DNA of 64,000 nucleotides from an uncultured delta proteobacterium. GTDB taxonomy: Bacteria; Myxococcota_A; Polyangia; Polyangiales; Polyangiaceae. The stretch spans positions 3,968,001 through 4,032,000 of the forward strand of contig CAWAIF010000003.1 of the NCBI GenBank assembly GCA_963782055.1, in the 5' to 3' direction. Each line of letters begins with the position of its first letter. Within the stretch, counting starts at the first letter, position 1. Position numbers and translations under genes: made by a program. The notes beneath the pieces are model-generated. The model was given only the letters and a program-made list of their open reading frames with translations, ran no database searches and was not told the DNA's origin. Of this stretch, positions 28,362 through 36,669 are shown piece after piece.

Positions 28362-29444
28362 TCAGGCGAGGAGGCCCGGTCGCGCCGCGCGCCGCGAGTC
28401 CTCCGGACCCACCGCGGGGGCGCCTTCCTCCTGCATCGGCGGCACGGGGTCCACGCGCGTGCGCGCGCTGGCCTCCGCCACCCACGCGCGCCGCCGCTCG
28501 GCCTCGCAGGCGAAGAGGGTCTGCATGACCTCCGCGACGTCCGCCGCGCCGAGCTCGCGGCCCTCCAGGCGCGCGCATGCGTCCAGGTCGACCGCCATCT
28601 CCGCGGCGTTGCGGTACCGCCGCGCGGGGTCCTTCTGCAGCGCGCGTCGCACCACGCGCCACAGCGGGCGCGGGTAGCCCATCACCAGCGTGGTGGGGTC
28701 GGGCACGCGTGCCTCGTGCACGGCGAGCAGCGTCGATACGTTGTCCTTGCGCTTGAAGAGTCGTCTGTCGGTCGACATCTCCCAGAGCATGATGCCCAGC
28801 GCGAAGACGTCGGTGCGCCGGTCCACCGGGGCGCTCGCCGCCTGCTCGGGCGACATGTACGCTAGCTTACCCTTCACGACGCCGCCCGCCGTGCGCGCCA
28901 CGCGCCCGCGCGCCTTGGCGAGCCCGAAGTCGATGAGCTTCAGCTCACCATCGTAGGTGAGCAGCACGTTGCTCGGGGTGACGTCGCGGTGCACCAGCCC
29001 GAGGGGCTCGCCGGCCGGGCCGCGCAGCTCGTGGGCGTGGTGCAGCGCCTCGGCGGCGCGCGCGCCGACCCACGCGAGCATGTCGTAGCGAAGACGCGAC
29101 TTGCGCATCCGGCAGACGTCCCACACCTCCCAGAGCGACTGCCCGAGCAGCAACTCCATCGCGTAGTAGAGGCGGTTGCCTTCCCTGCCCGTCGCGTAGA
29201 CGCGGACGATCCCCGGGTGCGAGAGGCGCGTCACCAGGCTGGCCTCGTCGAGGAACATGTCGACGAACTCGCGGACGGTGGAAAATTCGTCCTTGATCAC
29301 CTTCAGCGCGGCGAGCTCCGGCAGACCGCCCCCGGGCTCCGAGAGCTTGCCCAGGTACACCGTCGCCATTCCGCCCTCGGCGATCTTGGCGACCACGTCG
29401 TAACGACCGAGTCGGGCGGGCGGCGGCAGCTTCAAAGGCGGCAC
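28362..29444 (-). CDS. Hanks-type Ser/Thr protein kinase (soluble)
   Basis: AEGGMATVY, AALK, HRDVTPSN, DFGLAK, YMSPEQ, DVFALG. Confidence 0.95.
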   Translation of the reverse strand: MPPLKLPPPARLGRYDVVAKIAEGGMATVYLGKLSEPGGGLPELAALKVIKDEFSTVREFVDMFLDEASLVTRLSHPGIVRVYATGREGNRLYYAMELLLGQSLWEVWDVCRMRKSRLRYDMLAWVGARAAEALHHAHELRGPAGEPLGLVHRDVTPSNVLLTYDGELKLIDFGLAKARGRVARTAGGVVKGKLAYMSPEQAASAPVDRRTDVFALGIMLWEMSTDRRLFKRKDNVSTLLAVHEARVPDPTTLVMGYPRPLWRVVRRALQKDPARRYRNAAEMAVDLDACARLEGRELGAADVAEVMQTLFACEAERRRAWVAEASARTRVDPVPPMQEEGAPAVGPEDSRRAARPGLLA

Positions 29445-29503
29445 GCCAAGAAGCTATCATCGGCGGCCGGAGCCAAGCTCCTGCTTCTGATAAGGTCGAA
29501 CCC

Positions 29504-30385
29504 ATGATGCGAACGCCAACCTCGCGCCGTCTCGGTCAGGGCGCCGTCGTCGCCCTCCTCATCGCCGCCTCCGGCCTGTCCGCCTGCAAGGACCAGGGCA
29601 AGGAGAGCGCCGCCAAGGCCGCCGCCAACGCGGACATGCTCGCCAATCTGGTCGACAAGGACGTGGGCGAGGTCGATCGCGGCCTGCCCGACGGCGCCAA
29701 GAAGATGGCGGCCCTCTACGCGCAGGGGGCTGACCCGAAGCAGGACCTGCCCGCCGTCCGCCGCGCCCTGATCGACACGCAGCGCGAGGTCCCGGATCTG
29801 AACATCGCCAAGTCCACCTTCTTCGCGCTGGCGGACGACAAGGGTATCGGCATCCGCAACAACCTGGAGAGCGATGCCATGGCCGGGCAGGACCTGCTCA
29901 AGCTCTTCCCCGACCTGTCGAAGGCCATCGCCGGTCAGTACGTCACGACCACCGGCGCCTTCCCCGGGCCCGCCACGCCCACCGGCCAGGGCGATCGCGA
30001 CTGGATCGCCGCGGCGCCGGTGAAGTCGGCCGACGGCAAGGTCGTCGGCCTGTACGTCACCGGCTGGGCGTATCGCCGCTACGCCGTGCACCTGCAGGAG
30101 GCGCTCAAGCGCGACCTGCAGGAGGCGCTGAAGAAGAGCGGCGACACCGGCAAGCTCCCCGTCTTCTACGTGGGCGTGTTCGACCCGACCGGCGTCTACA
30201 CCGAGCGAACCACGCCGCAGGTCAACGAGAAGGCTCTCGCCGACGCCAAGCTGGTCGACAAGACGAAGGCCGGTCCCTACCAGGGCACCGTCACCATCAC
30301 CGAGCGCAAGTTCGGCTACGCCGCCAAGCGCACGCCGAAGCTCGGGCCGGACACCGGCGTGGTGGTGCTGCGCTCGGAGCTCTGA
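29504..30385 (+). CDS. Lipoprotein, possible stand-alone Cache-like sensor domain
   Basis: Lipobox LSAC. FFALADDKGIG and AAAPVKSADGKVVGLYVTG resemble Cache-domain strands. Confidence 0.6.
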   Translation: MMRTPTSRRLGQGAVVALLIAASGLSACKDQGKESAAKAAANADMLANLVDKDVGEVDRGLPDGAKKMAALYAQGADPKQDLPAVRRALIDTQREVPDLNIAKSTFFALADDKGIGIRNNLESDAMAGQDLLKLFPDLSKAIAGQYVTTTGAFPGPATPTGQGDRDWIAAAPVKSADGKVVGLYVTGWAYRRYAVHLQEALKRDLQEALKKSGDTGKLPVFYVGVFDPTGVYTERTTPQVNEKALADAKLVDKTKAGPYQGTVTITERKFGYAAKRTPKLGPDTGVVVLRSEL

Positions 30386-30398
30386 CTCCGCGCTCGCC

Positions 30399-30563
30399 TC
30401 AGCCCTGCCGGCCGAAGGCGTGCAGGGCGTAGAGGCCGAGCGCCCAGCCGGCGACGACGATGGCGCCGCCGCCGGACTGGCTCACCGTGCCGGCGAGGGC
30501 GATGCCCGTCGCCGACAGGGCGGCGGCCACCAGCAGCAGCGTGCGCGGCGCGGTCAGCGTCAC
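30399..30563 (-). CDS. 54-aa two-TM small membrane protein
   Basis: MTLTAPRTLLLVAAALSATGIALAGTVSQSGGGAIVVAGWALGLYALHAFGRQG. GTGA overlap with the upstream gene. Below the ORF-track cutoff. Confidence 0.55.
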   Translation of the reverse strand: MTLTAPRTLLLVAAALSATGIALAGTVSQSGGGAIVVAGWALGLYALHAFGRQG

Positions 30564-31051
30564 GGCCACCCCTCGTGCTGCGCCTCGACGAGGAAGTCGC
30601 GCACGTCGCGCGCGATCTTGCGCTCGGCGGCGATGCTGGTCTCGGAGTGTGCCTCGCCGGAGAGGTCGTCCTGCATGTAATCGGTGTTCCAGAGCACGAG
30701 CACGTGGGCGTCGGCGTCGTCGCCGATGCCCGGCACGACCACCAGCGCGTCCGACTTGCGATCATGGCGAGGGAGCAGCGCGCCCAGGTCCTTGGCCTCT
30801 TCCCGGGTGAGGTACGCGACACCGAACTTGTGACCCGCGGCCGCCGCCTCCAGCTTCACGGTCTGGTCCGCCGAGAGCTTCACCGGACGGTTGAGCTCGG
30901 GGTTCACGCCCTCCTCCTGGAAGGTCCTGGCGATGACGTCCTGGGCCCGCAGCTCGTCCACGGGGCGCGGCGGACCGGCGTGCACGGGCGGCGGCTCGGC
31001 GCAGCCACCGAGCAACGCCGCGGCGACAGCGAGGAAAACCCGACGTTTCAC
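30560..31051 (-). CDS. Hypothetical lipoprotein
   Basis: MKRRVFLAVAAALLGGC lipobox, coding-like GC3. Confidence 0.7.
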   Translation of the reverse strand: MKRRVFLAVAAALLGGCAEPPPVHAGPPRPVDELRAQDVIARTFQEEGVNPELNRPVKLSADQTVKLEAAAAGHKFGVAYLTREEAKDLGALLPRHDRKSDALVVVPGIGDDADAHVLVLWNTDYMQDDLSGEAHSETSIAAERKIARDVRDFLVEAQHEGWP

Positions 31052-31098
31052 GCGCGCTACGCTAGCGAAAAGGCGCGACGCTCGCTACCTTCGCGCGC

Positions 31099-32757
31099 AT
31101 GGCAGGCGACGCCACCACCGGTCGCGCGAGCGAGAGGCCTCGTTCCCGGCGCCCCCCCGAGAACCGCAAGGGCGCCGCGGGCGACAGCGCCGGCCGCTTC
31201 GCCGCGGTGGACGTCGGGTCGAACGGCATTCGCCTCCGCATCATCGAGGCGACGGCCGCCGCGGCCGACAATCCCCCCGCGGACGACGGCGAGCAGGAGC
31301 ACGGCTTCCGCTGGCACGAGATCGTCAACCTGCGCGCGCCGGTGCGCCTCGGCACCGAGGTCTTCCTGACGAGCCGCCTGGCCCCCGCGTCGATCGGCCA
31401 GGCGTGCGCGGCGCTGCGCGAGTTCCGGCAGGCGATGGACGACGCCAAGGTGGACGCCTACCGCGCGACCGCCACGAGCGCGGTGCGCGAGGCGAAGAAC
31501 GGCTCGACGCTCGTGGAGCGCGCCCGCCGCGAGGCCGGCATCGAGGTCGACGTCATCGAGGGCGTGGAGGAGGCGCGACTCATCGAGATGGCGGTCTGCC
31601 GTCGCCTGCAGCTCGCCGACCGCAAGGCGCTCCTCGTGGACGTGGGCGGCGGCTCCACCGAGCTGACGATCCTCGACAACGCGCGCCACGCCTTCTCCAT
31701 GTCGCTGCCCATCGGCACGGTGCGCCTGCTGGAGACGCTCCTGCGCGGCGGCGCCTCGGTGGACAAGGAGCGCGGGCGGCTGCTCAGCGAGATGATCGAC
31801 CGCGCCCTCGCGGAGGCGCTGCCCCACCTGAAGAAGCAGTCCTTCGAGCTGCTCATCGGCACGGGCGGCAACGTCGACACCATGGCCGAGCTCTGCCCGA
31901 TGCAGGGCGGCGTGGGCGGCTACCAGCGCGCGGTGGACGTCGGCGCGGCGCGCGCCCTCTTCGCCAAGCTCCTCAAGATGACGCCGCTCGAGCGGCGCGA
32001 CGCCTACAACCTGCGTCCGGACCGCGCCGACACAATCGTCCCTGCGACGGCGATCTTCCTGCGCCTCGCCGAGGTCTTCAAGATGGGCGCCATCCTCGCG
32101 CCGGGCGTGGGGCTCAAGGAGGGCATCCTCATCGAGCTCGTCGACAAGCACTTCGACGTCTGGGACACGGCGGAGGAGGCGCAGGCCGTCATCCAGGCGT
32201 GCGAGCGCATCGGCCGTCGCTACCAGTTCGACGAGGCGCACGGCCAGCTCGTCTCCCGCCTCGCCGCGCAGATCTTCGACGACACCGAGGACATCCACGG
32301 CCTGGACGAGCGCGACAGGCTGCTGCTCCGCGCGGGCGCCATGCTCCACGACATCGGCGACTTCGTCCGCTACGACGGCCACCACAAGCACAGCTACTAC
32401 CTGATCCAGAACTCCGACATCATCGGCCTGACACCCGACGAGCGCTCGGTCGTGGCCAACATCGCGCGCTACCACCGCAAGAGCCCGCCGGACCCCTCGC
32501 ACCCCAACTTCCGGGATCTGGACAAGGAGTCACGCGGGAAGGTGCGGGCGCTCTCGGCGATCCTGCGCATCGCCGACGCGCTGGACCGCGAGCACCTGGG
32601 CAAGGTGCAGAGCGTGAGCGCGCGCGTCGACGCGGCGAGGGGCAAGCTGCTGCTGAGCATCTCCGGCGACGAGGACCGCGAGCTGGAGGAGTGGACCGTC
32701 CGCGCCAAGGCGGAGCTCCTGCGCGACGTGTTCGACCTCGACGTCGCCTTCGCGTGA
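31099..32757 (+). CDS. ppx: Ppx/GppA exopolyphosphatase / pppGpp phosphohydrolase with HD domain
   Basis: AVDVGSN, ATSAVREA, EEARL, DVGGGSTE, RADTI, GLKEG, LHDIG, HHKHS. Confidence 0.92.
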   Translation: MAGDATTGRASERPRSRRPPENRKGAAGDSAGRFAAVDVGSNGIRLRIIEATAAAADNPPADDGEQEHGFRWHEIVNLRAPVRLGTEVFLTSRLAPASIGQACAALREFRQAMDDAKVDAYRATATSAVREAKNGSTLVERARREAGIEVDVIEGVEEARLIEMAVCRRLQLADRKALLVDVGGGSTELTILDNARHAFSMSLPIGTVRLLETLLRGGASVDKERGRLLSEMIDRALAEALPHLKKQSFELLIGTGGNVDTMAELCPMQGGVGGYQRAVDVGAARALFAKLLKMTPLERRDAYNLRPDRADTIVPATAIFLRLAEVFKMGAILAPGVGLKEGILIELVDKHFDVWDTAEEAQAVIQACERIGRRYQFDEAHGQLVSRLAAQIFDDTEDIHGLDERDRLLLRAGAMLHDIGDFVRYDGHHKHSYYLIQNSDIIGLTPDERSVVANIARYHRKSPPDPSHPNFRDLDKESRGKVRALSAILRIADALDREHLGKVQSVSARVDAARGKLLLSISGDEDRELEEWTVRAKAELLRDVFDLDVAFA

Positions 32758-32838
32758 CGTTCACTCCCCGACCCCATCGCTCGCTGGGATTCCCGCGTCG
32801 TTCCGCGGTTGCGAGTCGTCCGGCAGAGGAGGAGAGGG

Positions 32839-33453
32839 TCAGTCGAAGTCCTCGATGCGCCAGACGCCGCCCTCGCGCTTCATGCGCACGTGGTGGCCGC
32901 CGGGGACCTGCACCGAGGCGGTGTCGCCGGAGATCTGCACCGGCAGGGTCCCCGGCTTCTCCAGGCCCTCCACCAGCGAGCGCAGGTCCTGCTCCACCAT
33001 CGCCCGCGTTTGCGGCGTCAGCACGCGCATCAGTCCGGCGTAGCTGCGGCGCGCGACCACGCGGCGCAGGGCGTCCAGCGCCTCCTCCGGCGTACGGGAG
33101 CCGCCCGGCAGCGCGCCGGCGCTGGTGATCCAGAAGCGACCGCCCTTCAGATCGAGCGCGACCTCCTCGCCGTCCTCGAAGCGGAGGCGCGCGGTGGCCT
33201 GCACGCGCGCGCTCTTGGCGGTGATGTCCCTGGCCTCGTCGGCGAGCTCGCCGCGCTCGCCGGCGACGACCTTCTGGATGTCCTCGCGCGTGCGCGCCTT
33301 GCGCGCCTCCGAGGTCATCATCCCGTAGATGGCGTCGGCGTCGCCTGCGCGCGCCGCCTGCGCGTAGGCGTCCGCCGCGACCTTCGGGTCGGGGATCGAT
33401 GTCGAGGCGCACCCGGCGCAGAGCCACAGAGTGCCGAGGATCCAGGGGCGCAT
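32839..33453 (-). CDS. Hypothetical lipoprotein (tandem NTF2/DUF4878-like helical-beta units)
   Basis: Lipobox CAGC, two internal repeats ending in GRFWI and GVWRI. Confidence 0.6.
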   Translation of the reverse strand: MRPWILGTLWLCAGCASTSIPDPKVAADAYAQAARAGDADAIYGMMTSEARKARTREDIQKVVAGERGELADEARDITAKSARVQATARLRFEDGEEVALDLKGGRFWITSAGALPGGSRTPEEALDALRRVVARRSYAGLMRVLTPQTRAMVEQDLRSLVEGLEKPGTLPVQISGDTASVQVPGGHHVRMKREGGVWRIEDFD

Positions 33454-33519
33454 CCACGGGCACTGTAAATCGACGTGCACGATTCGGCTACGGCCAATCG
33501 CGACCGCAAAAGAGCGGGG

Positions 33520-34308
33520 TCAGGGCAGCAGGGCCGCGCGGCGCCTCATGAGAAAGGGCGCGTGCACCTGATCGTCCTTGTAGTTGGAGCAGAGGACGTA
33601 CATGGCGATGTTGACCGCCAGGCGGATGCCGTGCTCGCGCTGCTCGTCGCCGCCGGGGGTGACGGGCTCCTCCCAGACGCCGGTGGGGCCGCGGGCGAGC
33701 GCGCCGCCGATGTCGTGGCCGGAGAAGATGACCTGCGCCTCGCCTCCGCGGACGATGGCGTCCATCGAGGCGCGGCCGGCCACGCGGCCCTCCGCGCGAC
33801 GGAGCAGATAGAAGCTCCGGAACACGACGTGGTCGGTGCCGAGATCGATGGGCGCGGCGTCGGGCAGCACGCGGGCGAGCTCGCGCCGGGCGGACTGCCC
33901 GAAGGGGCCGGGCACGCCCTGGGGGGAGACCGCCGCGTCGTCGACGAGCATGACGCCACCGAGGGAGAAGAAGCGGCGCAGGCCGGCAATCTCGGCGCCG
34001 GTGAGCGGCGGAGCGGCGGTGGCGCCGCTCCAGTAGAGGAAGGGCGCGCTGGTGATCTCCGGGGCGTCGGCGCGAACGAGCGAGGGGCGGAGGCGGGCCG
34101 GCGCGCTCGTCCGCTGCACCAGCTCCCAGGACCAGCGGCCCGGCGCGGTGGGGTGCGCCGCGTCGGTCGCCGTGCCCACCAGCAGCACGCGCGGGTCGAA
34201 GGCGCCGACGTCGCCGAACGCCACCGCGCGCGAGGGGAAGAGCGCCACCAGCGCGGCCGCACACGCGAGCACCGGCAGGAGGTAGCGCCACCGCATGGGG
34301 CTGTTCAT
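33520..34308 (-). CDS. DUF4159-domain exported protein
   Basis: PFLYWSG, LRRFFSLGGVMLVDD, HVVFRSFYLL, RLAVNIAMYVLCSNYKDDQVH, signal peptide. Confidence 0.85.
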   Translation of the reverse strand: MNSPMRWRYLLPVLACAAALVALFPSRAVAFGDVGAFDPRVLLVGTATDAAHPTAPGRWSWELVQRTSAPARLRPSLVRADAPEITSAPFLYWSGATAAPPLTGAEIAGLRRFFSLGGVMLVDDAAVSPQGVPGPFGQSARRELARVLPDAAPIDLGTDHVVFRSFYLLRRAEGRVAGRASMDAIVRGGEAQVIFSGHDIGGALARGPTGVWEEPVTPGGDEQREHGIRLAVNIAMYVLCSNYKDDQVHAPFLMRRRAALLP

Positions 34309-34405
34309 ACCGCGAATCCGCGCGGGTGGCCCGTGGGACGTGCTGCCCTCAGGTGCCCCCGCGCTCGGGCTCGGGCCCGGGATGGGCGTGCTACAACGCC
34401 CGGCG

Positions 34406-36622
34406 ATGCCGACGACCCACCTCGCCGCGAGCAGCAATCTGCCGAGCTGGGTGGTCGTCCTCGCCTGCGTGCTCGCGGGGGTCTCGCTGGTGCTGCTGCT
34501 CTTCGAGCTGCGCCGCCGCGAGCGCGGGGGCGTCGCCATCGTCGTCACCGGCGTCGTCGCCATCGTCGCGCTCCTGCTCGCCGTCGTGCGGCCGGTGCGC
34601 GTCGCCGCGCGGGAGAGCGTCGTCGGCGCGCGCGTGGCGGTCCTGGGCGACGTCTCCCGATCGATGGCGCTCGCCGACGAGCACGGGACGCGCGCGGAGG
34701 AGCGCGACCGGGCGATCGAGGCGCTGACGAAGGCCGCGACGAGCGCGCGACTGGAGCCCCTCGGCTTCGGGGACGGCGCGCCGGCGCCGCTCGCCCCGGC
34801 GGACGCCAGGCACGTGGCGCTGGCGGCGCACAGCGATCTCGGCGCGGCCATCCGCGCGCTCGCGGCCTCGCCGGCGGAGCGGCCCAACGCCATCGTCGTC
34901 GTGTCGGACGGACGCCTGGACGACCCGCCGGCCGACGCCCCCAAGACGGCGCTGAAGGAGCTCGGCGAGGTCCTGCACGTCCCCATCCACACCATCGCCA
35001 CGACGCGGGACGCGCCCGCCGACGCCAGCATCCGCAAGGTCTCCACCGCCGGCGCGGCGGTGGCGCACGCGCCCCTCCCCCTCAAGATCGAGGTGGGGTG
35101 CGCGGGCGGCCTCGCCTGCGACGAGCTGCCCGTCACGGTGCGCGAGCTCCGCCACGACGGCCCGCCCGCGCTGCTCGCCAGCGGCCTCGCCCACGTCAAG
35201 GACGGCTCGGCGGTCATCGACCTGCCCATCACCCTGGAGCGCGCGGGCGTGCGCATCGTCGAGGTCTCGCTCGGCGGCGTGAGCGGCGACACGGTGCCGG
35301 AGAACGACCGGCGCCTGCTCGCCTTCGACGTCGCGCGCGAGCGGGTGCGCGTGCTGCACGTCGCCGGCCGCCCGACCAACGACGTGCGCGCGCTGCGGCA
35401 GTGGCTCAAGAGCGACGCCTCGGTGGACGTGGTGGCGTTCTTCATCCTTCGCACGCCCACCGACAACGTGAACGCCTCGCAGGACGAGCTCGCGCTCATC
35501 CCCTTCCCCGTCGACGAGCTCTTCAGCAAGCACCTGCCCTCCTTCGACGCCGTCGTGCTGCAGGACTTCGACGCGCAGCCCTACGGCCTGGAGCGCCACC
35601 TGCCGGAGATCGCCGCCTACGTGCGCAACGGCGGCGGGCTGGTGATGGTGGGTGGCCCCAACAGCTTCGTCGCCGGCGGCTACGCCGGCACGCCGCTGGC
35701 GAGCGTGCTGCCGGTCGGGCTGGACGGTTCGAGCGGCGCGACCGCAGCGGACACCGCGCCCTTCGTCCCGTCGTGGACCGCCGCCGGGCGCGCGGCGCCG
35801 CTCCTCGGGCCCCTGCGCGGCGTCGTCGGCGACGAGCTGCCCGAGATGCCCGGCGCCAACGTGCTCGGCGACGCGCGGCCCGGCGCGGTGACCCTCTGGT
35901 CGCACCCGCAGCGGCGCACCAAGAGCGGCGCCCCCATGCCGGTGCTCGCGGTGGCCGACGTGGGCAACGGCCGGTCCGTCGCGCTGGGCGTCGACGGCGG
36001 GTGGCTGATGAAGTTCTCCGAGCTGGGCGCGCGCACGCAGGGCCGCGGCTACGGCGCGCTGTGGGACGGCCTGCTCGGGTGGCTGATGCGCGACCCGCGC
36101 TTCGAGCCCGCGCAGATCGAGCTGGGGTCGGGCGGGTGCGTGGCCGGCGCGCCGACGACGCTCCACGTCCGTACCACCCCGACCGCCAAGACCGCCGACA
36201 TCTCCCTCGACGTCACCCGCATGGACGCGGCGATGCAGCCCGTCCACCTGGAGCGCAAGGCGCAGGTGCTGGGCACCCCCTTCGACGTCTCGCTGCCCGC
36301 GCTCCCCGCCGGCGGCTACTCGGCGCTGCTGCGCATCGGTGACGGCGCGACCACCCGACGCGACTTCGCCTGCGAGGCGGGCGGCGACGAGTGGGCCGAC
36401 ACACGCCCCGACGTCGAGCGGCTGCGCCGCCTCGCGGAGGCCACGGGGGGCACCTTCCGCTTCGCGAGCGACGACATGGCCGCGCTGCCCATGCCCAAGG
36501 CGACGGTGGTGAGCGCCGAGCGTCACGTCGTGCCCATCGCCCCGCCGTGGGTGTGGGCGCTGGCGGCGGCGTCGCTGCTGGGCCTGCACTGGTACGCGCG
36601 CCGGCGCAGCGGCCTGTCTTGA
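34406..36622 (+). CDS. Membrane protein with vWA-like and class I glutamine-amidotransferase-like domains
   Basis: N-terminal TMs, DVSRSM, VVSDG, ENDRR, ELALIPFPVDELF, GGGLVMVGG, C-terminal TM ending RRRSGL. Confidence 0.75.
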   Translation: MPTTHLAASSNLPSWVVVLACVLAGVSLVLLLFELRRRERGGVAIVVTGVVAIVALLLAVVRPVRVAARESVVGARVAVLGDVSRSMALADEHGTRAEERDRAIEALTKAATSARLEPLGFGDGAPAPLAPADARHVALAAHSDLGAAIRALAASPAERPNAIVVVSDGRLDDPPADAPKTALKELGEVLHVPIHTIATTRDAPADASIRKVSTAGAAVAHAPLPLKIEVGCAGGLACDELPVTVRELRHDGPPALLASGLAHVKDGSAVIDLPITLERAGVRIVEVSLGGVSGDTVPENDRRLLAFDVARERVRVLHVAGRPTNDVRALRQWLKSDASVDVVAFFILRTPTDNVNASQDELALIPFPVDELFSKHLPSFDAVVLQDFDAQPYGLERHLPEIAAYVRNGGGLVMVGGPNSFVAGGYAGTPLASVLPVGLDGSSGATAADTAPFVPSWTAAGRAAPLLGPLRGVVGDELPEMPGANVLGDARPGAVTLWSHPQRRTKSGAPMPVLAVADVGNGRSVALGVDGGWLMKFSELGARTQGRGYGALWDGLLGWLMRDPRFEPAQIELGSGGCVAGAPTTLHVRTTPTAKTADISLDVTRMDAAMQPVHLERKAQVLGTPFDVSLPALPAGGYSALLRIGDGATTRRDFACEAGGDEWADTRPDVERLRRLAEATGGTFRFASDDMAALPMPKATVVSAERHVVPIAPPWVWALAAASLLGLHWYARRRSGLS

Positions 36623-36669
36623 TCGCACGGCGCCCGCCCCCGCCGCGGCGACGTGCTACCTTTCGGCCC

